DNA from: a virus | Lineage: Duplodnaviria; Caudoviricetes | DNA length: 64,000 nucleotides | Direction: 5' to 3' (one strand) | Virus record (IMG/VR): IMGVR_UViG_3300021400_000057 | Span: 11,334 to 75,333 of that record | Shown here: piece by piece, positions 18,794-28,314 of the stretch | Position numbering within the stretch: position 1 is the stretch's first letter | How the letters are laid out: each line of letters opens with the position of its first letter | Made by a program: the position numbers and the translations under genes | Notes under the pieces: generated by a model | The model's database searches: none | What the model saw: the letters and a program-made list of their open reading frames with translations, nothing else | What the model was told of the DNA's origin: nothing

Positions 18794-19329
18794 GTGACTT
18801 GTGGAAAAATGTATCTGTGAAAATCGTCTGCTTGTCGCTGTTATTGTTGTCATGCTTGGCATTGCCGTCGCGTGGTTTTTGTTCGCAGACCACAGACCAG
18901 ACCGTGACAATATCGGTGCAGGATTTCAACAGGTTGATGACCAACTTGGCAGAGTCCGAGACGGCATTGACAGAAGCGAAGCAACAGTTGAACGACTCGA
19001 ACGAAGCATTGATGATAGCACAAGAACAGCTATCGCTGTCGGGGATGGAATCGACAGAGCTTATGAATCAGCTAGTCGAATCGAGGATGCAAGTGAAGAA
19101 GCTACAAGAGCAGTTGGCACAGCAATCGAGGGAAACAATGTTGCTCAAACAGCAGTTGAACGAAGCCTCGACAGACTTAGAGAAAGCCAATCAATTCTTG
19201 CAAAATACCAAACAGGAAGTCGAAAAGACGATTAAGGAGCATGAAAAGGTTGAGCGAAGTTTGCGAAGGCAAGTGACTGGTTGGCAGATAGCTACGGCTG
19301 TCGGTACTATTATTGGTTGTCTTTTGTAA
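18790..19329 (+). CDS. Spanin-like protein: Cys-containing signal peptide, coiled coil, C-terminal TM
   Basis: KIVCLSLLLLSCLALPSRGFCS, long heptads, ends WQIATAVGTIIGCLL; follows the endolysin; TTG 18799 is an alternative start. Confidence 0.6.
   Translation: MSDLWKNVSVKIVCLSLLLLSCLALPSRGFCSQTTDQTVTISVQDFNRLMTNLAESETALTEAKQQLNDSNEALMIAQEQLSLSGMESTELMNQLVESRMQVKKLQEQLAQQSRETMLLKQQLNEASTDLEKANQFLQNTKQEVEKTIKEHEKVERSLRRQVTGWQIATAVGTIIGCLL
18801..19235 (+). CDS. Embedded spanin-like protein: N-terminal TM plus coiled coil
   Basis: 144-aa ORF wholly inside 18790-19329 in another frame; LLVAVIVVMLGIAVAWFLF then amphipathic helix. Confidence 0.6.
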   Translation: MEKCICENRLLVAVIVVMLGIAVAWFLFADHRPDRDNIGAGFQQVDDQLGRVRDGIDRSEATVERLERSIDDSTRTAIAVGDGIDRAYESASRIEDASEEATRAVGTAIEGNNVAQTAVERSLDRLRESQSILAKYQTGSRKDD

Positions 19330-19336
19330 TTTTTGG

Positions 19337-19378
19337 TGGGGGTACATGGATTATTCTGTGTACCCCCATTATTTTTTT
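19337..19378 (+). terminator. Intrinsic terminator ending the lysis/late operon
   Basis: tgggggtaca / tgtaccccca stem plus ttattttttt. Confidence 0.8.
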
Positions 19379-19388
19379 CTCTAATTGC

Positions 19389-19417
19389 TTGACTCAAATT
19401 TGGGACTAGGTTACACT
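19389..19417 (+). promoter_or_regulatory. Sigma70-type promoter with overlapping operator (19391-19406)
   Basis: TTGACT-17 bp-TACACT; shares ttgcttgactca and gactaggtta with the 27069 promoter. Confidence 0.8.
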
Positions 19418-19464
19418 GGCACAGTAAGACGCATATTCAAATATGAGACGAAGGGGGTGACATT

Positions 19465-19707
19465 ATGAAGTACATTGGATTCAAGGTAGAGCCTATGCGT
19501 GGTGAATCTGTCATCGTCGTTAAGAAGTACAAGAACAGCGAGAAGGGCGTGCCGCTAAATCATACTTGGAAATTGCGCGACTACCTGTATCAAGGTTTTG
19601 ATGTCAATGTGGATATCACATCGTTTCCTGCTACACATCAGGAATATGTGAATTACACCCGCAGACGATTCACTCCGTATTCGAGAATCGTCAATGAGCT
19701 TCGTTAG
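19465..19707 (+). CDS. Hypothetical protein
   Basis: SD aagggggt, 80 aa, first ORF after the promoter. Confidence 0.7.
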   Translation: MKYIGFKVEPMRGESVIVVKKYKNSEKGVPLNHTWKLRDYLYQGFDVNVDITSFPATHQEYVNYTRRRFTPYSRIVNELR

Positions 19708-19859
19708 ATAAAAAAGTGAGCATTTCACAGGGGCGCTATGGGTTGTTCAAAGTAGGGGGAATGTAAACCCTTGCATTATATATGAAAATCCTGCCATGCC
19801 CTGCGTATCGAAGCGACAGCAAAGATTATGTCAAAAACAATGCAAAAGGAGGACTCTTA

Positions 19860-20084
19860 ATGACAAGGTTGTGTATCGACATTGCTTTTAATGTAAAAGC
19901 AACAGAGGTTATTGACAATGGAGTTGAAGCGGGAGATTTTGAAATCCCTCCTGCCGCCGTTGAAGAAGCGAAGAAGTTGATACGGACTATGATTACTAAC
20001 GATAATCCAGATGTTGATTGTGATGTTCAGTGTGTGGTTTATCGTTCCGAAGTTACTAAATTGAATAACGCTGATAAGGCGTAA
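19860..20084 (+). CDS. Hypothetical protein
   Basis: SD aaggagg before ATG 19860 (MTRLCIDIAF). Confidence 0.7.
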   Translation: MTRLCIDIAFNVKATEVIDNGVEAGDFEIPPAAVEEAKKLIRTMITNDNPDVDCDVQCVVYRSEVTKLNNADKA

Positions 20085-20104
20085 TTATTAAGGAGGTTTT
20101 ATTT

Positions 20105-20521
20105 ATGTTGGAAGGTTTCAAGAAAGTTGCTCCGTCGCGTGGTGTGCCGACTGTGGCTATTGTCAAGGACGGACTGGTATTTAACAAGAACGTCGCCAAG
20201 TATTTCGGTGAGCGTAACCGTGTTCTGTTCCTTGTAAATAAAGACGAGAAGAAGATTGCCCTGCAAAAGATTGACGGCAGGGATGAGCAGTCTATCACAT
20301 TCTTCCGCCGCATGAGTGGTGCGCGTTTCACCTATCGTGAGTTGATTCGACAGGTCTTGGCTCTTGGCGACTTTGACTTGGATAACTACTATTATAAGGT
20401 CAAAGGCACTGTTATCGAGGAAGAAAAGGCAATCATCTTTGACATCACGGAAGCCTTACAGAAGGATAGGATTTTCCGTCACAAGGGGTACTATGAAGAT
20501 GCAAGCGAAAGCGGCGAGTAA
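20105..20521 (+). CDS. Hypothetical protein
   Basis: SD aaggagg, 138 aa. Confidence 0.75.
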   Translation: MLEGFKKVAPSRGVPTVAIVKDGLVFNKNVAKYFGERNRVLFLVNKDEKKIALQKIDGRDEQSITFFRRMSGARFTYRELIRQVLALGDFDLDNYYYKVKGTVIEEEKAIIFDITEALQKDRIFRHKGYYEDASESGE

Positions 20522-20768
20522 TGAATCGACAATGATTAGGCGCTTTGCTCTACACGTCCAGCAATTCATTAAGGATATTGAGTGGAATGGCTACGATTGT
20601 GAGCTTGACTACGATTGGGACGAAGAACCAGAAGAAGAATATTACCCTGCCTGTCCGTCATGTGGTGGACAGACGTATCACCATGATGGGTGCAAGCTCG
20701 TAGCTTTAAGAGCAGAGGCGAACGCCGTATTGAAAAAGATGACGAAAAAGAAAGGAGCAAGGAAATGA
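20493..20768 (+). CDS. Hypothetical Zn-ribbon protein
   Basis: SD aagggg; CPSCGG..HHDGC motif. Confidence 0.55.
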   Translation: MKMQAKAASNESTMIRRFALHVQQFIKDIEWNGYDCELDYDWDEEPEEEYYPACPSCGGQTYHHDGCKLVALRAEANAVLKKMTKKKGARK

Positions 20769-20983
20769 ATGTCGTATGCTGGCAATTTACAGTTGGCATG
20801 GTTATCGGACTCGCCATTGGCGGTCTGATAGCCACCTGTATTGAGCTTATGAGGTTCAAAGATAATAAGTAGGGGTGATTGTAATGGATGGTGTTGGAGT
20901 TGGGCTGGTAATCTCTATGGTGATATTTGCCGCCGTCATTTGTCTCGCCGCTAAATTTGCCGATGTTTTCTATATGAATAACG

Positions 20984-21220
20984 GTGATAACGATGATATA
21001 TTGCGGTGACATAGAGATACAGTCTTGCCCCGTCTGCGGCAATGAAATGGAGCTTGTCGAGGAACAGGGGCTTCACGGTATCAGGTGTAATCATTGCGAT
21101 TATGAATACGGTTATTTCAAAAATAAAGGCTACATGATAGGAGCGTGGAACGCATTGGCTACGGTGTTCCCAAGAAGTGTCCACATGATAGCGAATAGTA
21201 ATATGAAAGGAGCGTTTTGA
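20984..21220 (+). CDS. Lar-like (restriction alleviation) Zn-finger protein
   Basis: CPVCG..IRCNHC..IGAWN pattern. Confidence 0.5.
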   Translation: MITMIYCGDIEIQSCPVCGNEMELVEEQGLHGIRCNHCDYEYGYFKNKGYMIGAWNALATVFPRSVHMIANSNMKGAF

Positions 21221-21223
21221 GAT

Positions 21224-21634
21224 GTGAATACGAACAAGAAAGTTTTTGACGAGGGTATTCAATTCTTATATAAGAACCTGTGTAATCATATTGTCATCCA
21301 AGCAGTCCACGACTACGTTGTGTGTGCTGTGTGTGTTTGGAAGATAAGGATAGGTGGTCAGAAATGCAAGGAGTCTGTAAGGTATTATCTTGGGGAAATG
21401 GACAGGATAAAGAAGTTTATTTTCTCTGATTGGTTCGATGTAATATGCGACGCTGACCCTGACGTTGTGTGGAAAAACACAATGATTCGCGCCGCGAAAG
21501 CCGTACAAAACCTAGAGAAACAAAAGAAAAGAAAGGAGATTCAATATGGAAGCGAAGAAGCTCGACAAGAAGAACGAGAAGATGCTGGCAAATCTGACAA
21601 CGCTCATAGGGTTGGAAGCTGTGGCCTTGCATGA
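21224..21634 (+). CDS. Hypothetical protein
   Basis: 136-aa ORF with SD in a tightly packed operon. Confidence 0.6.
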   Translation: MNTNKKVFDEGIQFLYKNLCNHIVIQAVHDYVVCAVCVWKIRIGGQKCKESVRYYLGEMDRIKKFIFSDWFDVICDADPDVVWKNTMIRAAKAVQNLEKQKKRKEIQYGSEEARQEEREDAGKSDNAHRVGSCGLA

Positions 21635-21788
21635 TTGCGTGAAACGAGGGGCAGAGTTCTCTTACAGTGGATATACTTGCGATGGTGACAAGGCGGCTAC
21701 TGTCGAGAGTATTCATCGTCAAGTAGTAACTCTCCGTGCGAGGCTTTTGGAGCTTGACAAGAAAGTTAGGAGTGTCAGCGGATGGTAA
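21546..21788 (+). CDS. Hypothetical protein
   Basis: SD aaggag, 80 aa, abuts dnaE. Confidence 0.6.
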   Translation: MEAKKLDKKNEKMLANLTTLIGLEAVALHDCVKRGAEFSYSGYTCDGDKAATVESIHRQVVTLRARLLELDKKVRSVSGW

Positions 21789-24700
21789 ATCTGCACACAC
21801 ATTCAGAGCATAGCACTGGCTTTGACGGTTACCAAACGATTCCAGAAATGGTAGGCCGTGCGAAAGAGCTTGGCTATCCCGCATTAGCATTGACTGACCA
21901 CGGGACAATGGGTGGTATTTTGGATTTCTCTGCGGAGTGCGAGAAGCAAGGTGTCAAGCCTATCTATGGCATGGAAGCGTATTTCTGCGCTAACCATACT
22001 GTCAAGGACAAAACCTTGACACACCACCTTGTCCTACTGGCAATGAATGAACAGGGCTATTACAATCTCAAAAAGATGGATTCCATTAGCTATACTGAGG
22101 ATTACTATTACTATAAGGGTCGGATTGATAGAGGTTTGTTATCTCAATATCACGAAGGTCTTATCTGTCTGTCGGCGTGCATGGCTTCCATTGTAAATAC
22201 GGCAGATGGTGAAAGCTGGTTTAGTTGGTTCAAGGATTTGTTTGGTGATAGATTCTATGCCGAGATTCAGCCATTGAACCTCATGGAACAGCAGGAGTAC
22301 AATGCCAAAGTTATCGCTTTAGCAAAGCAGTATGACGTTCCACTTGTCGTTACTACTGATGCTCACTTCGCAAGGAAAGAGGATTTGCCTTACCACAAGC
22401 TATGGGTGAGCCTTCGTGGTGGCAATGGTTACCATGATGACGAGAACTATTTATGGAGTGAAGATGAAATCAGGGATACGTTGTGGATTCCAGATGATGT
22501 CAAGGATGAGTGTATTGCCAATACTCATGCCATTGCTGAACGATGCAATGTGTCGCTGAAAATGGAAGGTAATCATTATCCGAAGTTTGAGACTGACGAT
22601 GATGAAAAGCAGATTCGCGACATTTGCCGCAAGGCATGGAAAGCTAAAGTTCCGAAGGGAAAGTACAAGGAATACGGCGAACGCTTTGAAGCTGAAATCA
22701 AGACCCTAAAGCAAGTAGGCTATCTCAACTATCTTTTGATTACTTGGGATATGCTGAATTGGTGTCACGACAATGACATTATGACTGGTTGGGGGCGTGG
22801 CTCTGTTGGTGGTAGCCTTGTAGCGTATCTTATGGGACTCCACAAGATTGACCCAATCAAGTTTGGCACGAAGTTCTTTAGGTTTGTCAATCCTTATCGG
22901 GTAAGTCCACCTGATATTGATGACGACGTATCAACGCGACATCGCGGTAAAGTAATTGATTACCTCAAAGAGAAGTATGGCAACGTGTCCAAGATTTTCA
23001 CGCTGAACAGATTGGGCGACCCGGACAAGGGCGGTATAGGAAAGTCTGCGATACAGCGTGCAGGACAGGCTTTGCAGATTGAACCGTCTGTCATTGATGA
23101 GATTACAAAGCAAGTGTACGCTTCTATTGACGATGTGCTGGCTATTGATAGCGTATTGTCAACAGAGGAACGTGAGCGCCTTGCTGATGTAGCTAAACAC
23201 TTCTATGGACGGCTTGAAAAGCGCGGTATTCATGCAAGTGCAATCCTTATCACGCCGGACGAAATCGAGAACTACTGCCCATTGGAAGGGTGTTATTCCA
23301 CCGATACTTCTACTGGTAAGCGCGTTTGGATTCGTGCCGCCGCCTATGACTGGCACAAGCTGGAAAGCGAGTTTGGGCTTTTGAAAGAGGATATTCTTGG
23401 GCTGAATACCCTTGACCTTATCAGTGATACGATTGAGGGCGTAAAAAAATCCACAGGCGAAACTGTGGACATTGAGAATATTCCTCTTGATGATGCCGAA
23501 GTTTATAAGCTGTACTCCGAAGGACACCTTGACGGCGTGTTCCAAATGGAATCTAGGGGTATGCGCGGGACAGCGAAGGAACTTGGTGTGACTTGCTTTG
23601 ATGATGTGGCGGCTCTCGTTGCGCTTTTTAGACCCGGCCCGATAGACAGCGGTATGCTTCAACAGTATATCGACGGTAAGCATGGTGCTGAAATCCAGTA
23701 TCCTTGTGAAGTCATGCAGAAGGTTACGGAAAAGACATACGGTGTTATTGTTTACCAAGAGGAAGCTATGCTGATTGCAATGCAGATGGCAGGGTATAAT
23801 CTTGGCGAGGCAGACGCTCTCCGTAAAGTCATTGGACGTAAGGAATTGACTAAAGTTGATGCCGCAGTCAAGGACTTTATTGCCGCCGCAGTAAAAAGAG
23901 GGCATACCAGAGAGGCGGCAGAAGCCGTTGGTGAGCAGTTGAAGGCGGCAGGACGCTATATTTTTAATCTCGCCCACAGCGTCGAATACGGTTTAACCTC
24001 TTACGTTACCGCTTGGTTAAAGGTTCATTACCCCGTACATTTCATGTGCGCTCTGATGAACTCAAAGGACAAGCAAGCCGATATACTTCCATACCTTGAC
24101 GAGTGTAAACGTCTTGGGATAGAGATATTGCCCCCCGATGCAAAGCGTGGTAATACGCTCTGGGAAGTCGAGGACGGCGACAAAATCCGTGTAGGGTTGA
24201 CTTATATCAGCGGCATAGGAAACAACCTAAAAACCGCCTTTACGGACGTTTGGGAAGATATTGTGGCTACCAATAACAAAAAGGTAACCATGAACCTCAT
24301 CAAAGCAGGGGCATTGGACTATCTTGGCAAGTCCCGTGGGTGGATGTTAGCCAATCTTGAAAGCACGCAGGGCTATTTGCGTCGTCGTGAACAGTGTTTG
24401 CAGAAGGTTCGAGAGAATCAAGAAGGACTGGACAACGCTACTGACGATAAAGCACGCAAGAAATATCAGCGTCAGCTTGATAGTTGGCAAGTAAAGCTCG
24501 ATGAAGTCCAGTTGCTTGAAAGTGCCGAGGAAGGTTATGACGAAATTGCTGGTGAAATCGAAGTGTTATCGTTTTCCTTTAAGTCCATGCCGAAAATCCT
24601 GACAGGCATAGCGAAGTCTGTCAACGAATTTCAAGACAAGAAGGGTAATACTATGGCTAGGATTACCTTTTCAACGCCCTACGGCAATAAGGACGGTCTT

Positions 24701-24844
24701 GTTTTTGCGTCGGCATGGAAGAAGGAGAAGTACCGCCACAGGGATAGAGGTATGGTACGTGGCATTACGATTGAACAGGGCAAGCAGTATGAGTTTATGA
24801 TAGAGAAAGGGGTGATTGTCGATGCCAGAGAACGAGACGGATAA
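21782..24844 (+). CDS. dnaE: DNA polymerase III alpha subunit (C family)
   Basis: PHP motifs HTHSEHS, LTDHG, TTDAH; GRGSVGGSLVAY; catalytic PDIDDD; GVFQMES; ALFRPGP; YIFNLAHS. Confidence 0.96.
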   Translation: MVNLHTHSEHSTGFDGYQTIPEMVGRAKELGYPALALTDHGTMGGILDFSAECEKQGVKPIYGMEAYFCANHTVKDKTLTHHLVLLAMNEQGYYNLKKMDSISYTEDYYYYKGRIDRGLLSQYHEGLICLSACMASIVNTADGESWFSWFKDLFGDRFYAEIQPLNLMEQQEYNAKVIALAKQYDVPLVVTTDAHFARKEDLPYHKLWVSLRGGNGYHDDENYLWSEDEIRDTLWIPDDVKDECIANTHAIAERCNVSLKMEGNHYPKFETDDDEKQIRDICRKAWKAKVPKGKYKEYGERFEAEIKTLKQVGYLNYLLITWDMLNWCHDNDIMTGWGRGSVGGSLVAYLMGLHKIDPIKFGTKFFRFVNPYRVSPPDIDDDVSTRHRGKVIDYLKEKYGNVSKIFTLNRLGDPDKGGIGKSAIQRAGQALQIEPSVIDEITKQVYASIDDVLAIDSVLSTEERERLADVAKHFYGRLEKRGIHASAILITPDEIENYCPLEGCYSTDTSTGKRVWIRAAAYDWHKLESEFGLLKEDILGLNTLDLISDTIEGVKKSTGETVDIENIPLDDAEVYKLYSEGHLDGVFQMESRGMRGTAKELGVTCFDDVAALVALFRPGPIDSGMLQQYIDGKHGAEIQYPCEVMQKVTEKTYGVIVYQEEAMLIAMQMAGYNLGEADALRKVIGRKELTKVDAAVKDFIAAAVKRGHTREAAEAVGEQLKAAGRYIFNLAHSVEYGLTSYVTAWLKVHYPVHFMCALMNSKDKQADILPYLDECKRLGIEILPPDAKRGNTLWEVEDGDKIRVGLTYISGIGNNLKTAFTDVWEDIVATNNKKVTMNLIKAGALDYLGKSRGWMLANLESTQGYLRRREQCLQKVRENQEGLDNATDDKARKKYQRQLDSWQVKLDEVQLLESAEEGYDEIAGEIEVLSFSFKSMPKILTGIAKSVNEFQDKKGNTMARITFSTPYGNKDGLVFASAWKKEKYRHRDRGMVRGITIEQGKQYEFMIEKGVIVDARERDG

Positions 24845-25031
24845 GGTCATGTTGACTGAAAAGGAATGTGCGAAGCGTCTTGGGCTATCATTTTGGACAT
24901 TAAGACAGATGAGGATATACGGCAACGCCCCTCATATTCGTCTTGGACAGCGCATTTACTATGTGTATGATTCCGTGGTTGCTTGGCTGTCTCAACAGGC
25001 AGTAAGCGGAAAGTGGATACGAACTTCATAA
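24822..25031 (+). CDS. xis: Excisionase / recombination directionality factor (winged HTH)
   Basis: MLTEKECAKRLGLSFWTLRQM..PHIRLGQRIYY..V..WL; adjacent to attP and convergent with the integrase. Confidence 0.8.
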   Translation: MPENETDKVMLTEKECAKRLGLSFWTLRQMRIYGNAPHIRLGQRIYYVYDSVVAWLSQQAVSGKWIRTS

Positions 25032-25059
25032 GAGCCTCATAAGAGCTTCATAAGAGCTT
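25027..25059 (+). repeat. Three tandem 11-bp repeats CATAAGAGCYT (arm-type integrase sites)
   Basis: 25027, 25038 and 25049; a fourth copy AATAAGAGCTT at 25292-25302 lies on the other side of the core. Confidence 0.8.
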
Positions 25060-25082
25060 TTGGGGCGTTTAGGCAACAAAAA

Positions 25083-25111
25083 TGGCTTCGAGGAATTACC
25101 CCCGAAGCCTT
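25083..25111 (-). terminator. Terminator hairpin downstream of the tRNA 3' half
   Basis: ggcttcg..cgaagcc stem with attttgtt on the minus strand, 12 bp past the CCA. Confidence 0.65.
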
Positions 25112-25122
25112 GATTTTACTGA

Positions 25123-25167
25123 TGGTGACCTGGGAGGGACTCGAACCCCCGACCCTTTGGTTCGTAG
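25123..25167 (-). other. attP: attP core = 3' half of tRNA-Arg(ACG)
   Basis: Minus strand CTACGAA CCAAAGGGTC GGGGGTTCGAGTCCCTC CCAGGTCACCA = anticodon loop ACG, T arm and CCA; 5' half absent; lies between xis and int. Confidence 0.9.
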
Positions 25168-25304
25168 GAATGACAAGCGTGTTTGTTACGACTATATGAT
25201 TGTTACGAACCGTTGGTTTGACTGCGTTTTGAAGCCCTTATCCTTTACGAACATTTGTGAGGATTGGTTACATTTGTAAGAGATTGAATCTAATAAGAGC
25301 TTAT

Positions 25305-26462
25305 TCATTTTTTAATGAGCATATCTTGAAGTACGTCGGCGGTCTTGTGTTCGCTTGATTGTAGTAGGTGACTGTATATAGCTTGGGTTGTCATTGTGTT
25401 GGCGTGACCTAGCTTTCCTGCAATGGTTTGTAGGTCTATTCCTGCGGCAAGTAGATACGAGGCTACCATGTGTCTAAAGGTATGCGGGGTAATCCGTCTG
25501 AATCCATGCTTCTTTGTGAACCTGTCAAGCCAAGCATTGAATTGGTCTGCGTGACCAAGCCGCCCGTCGAAAGAACCAAACACATAATCGTCCTTGATAT
25601 TCTCCGCGCCTTTCCATTCGTGACGGGTTCGGAGAATTTTTTTACGTTCCTGTGTTTCCTTTTGATATGTGGCAAGGAGCTTACATACACTGTCAGGGAT
25701 AGAGATTGTACGACCAGCGCCGCCCTTTGTGCGCGGTACGATATGATTACCTATCCCGACATTGTATTGGCACTCTTGCTCGACGGTAATGGTCTTTGCT
25801 TTAAGGTCAACGTGCTTCCATTGAAGTCCAAAGATTTCTCCGCGCCTCATGCCTGTGAAAATCGTAAGGTTAATTAAGGCTTGGTGCTTGGTATCTTCTT
25901 GACTCAATGCCTCGATGATAGCTTGGCACTCTGACGTGTCTAGGATTTCCATAGGTGCTTTGGTTTTCTTTGGCTTGTCAATGTGGGCGGCAGGGTTGTC
26001 ATTGATAAACTGCCATTGTACTGCCTTTTCAAGCATGGCATGAAGGAAAGCATAGTGCTTCTGAATCGTATTTTGCGATAGCTTTTCTTCATTAGTATTT
26101 GATAGGTGTTCAATAAATTCCATTACATGAAATGGGCGTAGTCGTTGAAGCGCGTACTGTCCCAAGTATTTATCTATGCGGCGAAATAAGTAGTTATCAT
26201 ATTGAATTGTATTTATTGTAACGTGTTTCTTTGCGTAATGCGTAATGTAGTAATCAAAGAATTGTCGTAGCGTGAGTTGTCCTTCGGTTGCGGTGGTATC
26301 TCCATGTACTTCCATCGCAAATTGCTCCCATGCCCTTTGTGCGGCACGCTGACTGGTAACATTAACTGTCCGTCCTACGTTCAGTTGTTTCCCTGTGCTG
26401 TCATATCCAAGCGATACTGTCAGCCGATATGTGCCGTCTTTTTGCTTCTTTATTTTTCGCAT
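25305..26462 (-). CDS. int: Tyrosine integrase
   Basis: N-terminal arm-binding domain (GTYRLTVSLGYD), TGMRRGEIFGLQWKHVD, HTFRH, LGHANTMTTQAIYSH; SD-supported start at 26462. Confidence 0.96.
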   Translation of the reverse strand: MRKIKKQKDGTYRLTVSLGYDSTGKQLNVGRTVNVTSQRAAQRAWEQFAMEVHGDTTATEGQLTLRQFFDYYITHYAKKHVTINTIQYDNYLFRRIDKYLGQYALQRLRPFHVMEFIEHLSNTNEEKLSQNTIQKHYAFLHAMLEKAVQWQFINDNPAAHIDKPKKTKAPMEILDTSECQAIIEALSQEDTKHQALINLTIFTGMRRGEIFGLQWKHVDLKAKTITVEQECQYNVGIGNHIVPRTKGGAGRTISIPDSVCKLLATYQKETQERKKILRTRHEWKGAENIKDDYVFGSFDGRLGHADQFNAWLDRFTKKHGFRRITPHTFRHMVASYLLAAGIDLQTIAGKLGHANTMTTQAIYSHLLQSSEHKTADVLQDMLIKK

Positions 26463-26575
26463 CGGACAGACCCCCATTGATAGAAAAGAGGCTCTATGTA
26501 TGAGCCTCTCCATAATCATTTTTGTGCGGCGTACTATATTCGGGTGGTTTTATCATCTTAACTTATTACTTTATG

Positions 26576-26989
26576 TTATGTTTTTTCTTTCACTTGAAAC
26601 CGAGTTTTTTGTTTTATACCCTTGCGTGTTAATTGAAGGTCATTACTTCTTTTCTTTGGTAGTCTCGCATCATTTGTTAGCCTTGTCACTCTACTTGTTG
26701 CTTGTATTCGCACTGGTAATTCCGACATAAGACGTTGAATTTCTAGCCTTGTTTCCACCACCTTCTTTGATTGTTCGTCAAGTTCTTCATTTTTGTCTGG
26801 TAGTTCGTGCATCATTAAGTAGTCAATAGTAACGTGATAGTAGTCTGCTAATCTCTCTACGGCGTAATACGATGGTTCACCAATCTCTGTCTCAATTCTT
26901 TGTAGGCTTGAACGGGAGATTCCAGTATCGGCTTCAACATCTCGTAGTGTCCTGTTGAATGACTCTCGCAAAGCCTTCGCTCTATTCAT
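26576..26989 (-). CDS. CI-like XRE-family repressor
   Basis: LRESFNRTLRDVEADTGISRSSLQRIE..LADYYHVTIDYL; upstream of int and divergent from the replication promoter. Confidence 0.88.
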   Translation of the reverse strand: MNRAKALRESFNRTLRDVEADTGISRSSLQRIETEIGEPSYYAVERLADYYHVTIDYLMMHELPDKNEELDEQSKKVVETRLEIQRLMSELPVRIQATSRVTRLTNDARLPKKRSNDLQLTRKGIKQKTRFQVKEKT

Positions 26990-27068
26990 TTTGTTCTCTC
27001 CTTTCCCTTGATATTCGTGGGTTTCGCGACGATTGAAAAAATTTTTTGAAAAAAATACTTCAATTTGC

Positions 27069-27097
27069 TTGACTCATTATGGAGACTAGGTTAAGAT
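27069..27097 (+). promoter_or_regulatory. Sigma70-type promoter with overlapping operator (27071-27086)
   Basis: TTGACT-17 bp-TAAGAT. Confidence 0.82.
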
Positions 27098-27196
27098 GTG
27101 TACGCTGGTCTTGGAAAACCACCCTTGTTCTCATATTATAACATGGGGTGTCAAGTACAGGACAAATAATAATATTTTTTATAGGAGGTCATGTAA

Positions 27197-27814
27197 ATGG
27201 CAAAGGTAATCAAGAAGTCTATGTCGGCAAAGTCTCTGGTCAGTCCGAAGGGTTACGCTCTTTGGGCAAAGGTCGGAAAGCGTATTGACGAATACGAGGG
27301 CAAGAAGAAGCTCGTCGTCAATATGTACTTCGATGACGAAACCGAGGCGAAGATGAAGAAACTCTGCGACAAGTATCTTGCTGACGCAAAGAAGTCCGAG
27401 GAGTTTCAGGGCAAGAACTGGCGTCCCGGCAATGACCGCTGTGGGTACGAGATTCGGAACATCAAGGTGGACGGCGAGGAAAAGGAAAAGGCGCTGTTCA
27501 AGTTCTGGACTGGTGCAACCACCACGGATGATTCTGGGAACACGCACAAGAAGATTCTGCCTATCTTCTCCGTTGAGCAGAACAAGACTATCAATCCCTA
27601 TGAGACAGAGATTGGTAACGGGTCTGAAATTCGCGTATCCTTCCGCCCCGAAGCGTACTGGACGAGCCGCGACAGCAATGGTATCTCCCTCTATCTGAAC
27701 AAGATGGTGGTTGATAAGCTGGTCACGTTCAGTAGCGACGGCTTTAGCGAGTTCGGTATCGAAGCCGACAGTAACAATGGATTCAGCGATGACGAAGAAG
27801 ATGTCCCTATCTGA
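27197..27814 (+). CDS. ssDNA-binding protein, T7 gp2.5-like
   Basis: SPKGYALWAKV, EIGNGSEIRV, GISLYLNKMVVDKLV, acidic tail FSDDEEDVPI. Confidence 0.75.
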   Translation: MAKVIKKSMSAKSLVSPKGYALWAKVGKRIDEYEGKKKLVVNMYFDDETEAKMKKLCDKYLADAKKSEEFQGKNWRPGNDRCGYEIRNIKVDGEEKEKALFKFWTGATTTDDSGNTHKKILPIFSVEQNKTINPYETEIGNGSEIRVSFRPEAYWTSRDSNGISLYLNKMVVDKLVTFSSDGFSEFGIEADSNNGFSDDEEDVPI

Positions 27815-27830
27815 TTGGCGGTGAACGACG

Positions 27831-28022
27831 TTGCATGAAGTTGATGTGATACGACTTACAGCTTGTAAGAGGCGGCTTGAAGGAATCTTGGTGCTAATTG
27901 GCAATATCGCCGATGTCAATGATTGCCCAGAATTGGAAATCGTGCATGATTCTTTGATGAATACGATTACCGAAATGAGAGCCGCATTGCGTACAAATGG
28001 CGAAGACTTGGAGCAACTGTAA
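27831..28022 (+). CDS. Hypothetical protein
   Basis: TTG start with SD, 63 aa. Confidence 0.5.
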   Translation: MHEVDVIRLTACKRRLEGILVLIGNIADVNDCPELEIVHDSLMNTITEMRAALRTNGEDLEQL

Positions 28023-28314
28023 GAAAGGCGCGTGGCTGGCAAAGGAGTTTTTCAGCAAGCGCGGCGAGAATGTGTTTGCGGGTGGTAAGCCGTCACAACA
28101 ATATTGGAGAGTCAAGAAATTCTTTGACGGACAGTCAGAGGAACATCTTGACCTTATCCATGAATACTTGGAGAGTGTGACGGCTCTCTCCCCAAGCATA
28201 AGCATGACTGATTTATTCCAGTTAGCTAAACGGTGGTCTTTCGAGAGTAAGAAAACGAAGGTTCGCGAAACTGAAACCTATGACTATCTTAAAGCATTGG
28301 AGGAAATACCATGA
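27997..28314 (+). CDS. Hypothetical protein
   Basis: 105 aa in the replication operon. Confidence 0.6.
   Translation: MAKTWSNCKKGAWLAKEFFSKRGENVFAGGKPSQQYWRVKKFFDGQSEEHLDLIHEYLESVTALSPSISMTDLFQLAKRWSFESKKTKVRETETYDYLKALEEIP

Noticed and set aside
25123-25167. Complete tRNA gene
   Set aside because: The D arm and 5' acceptor strand are absent; it is the attP core.
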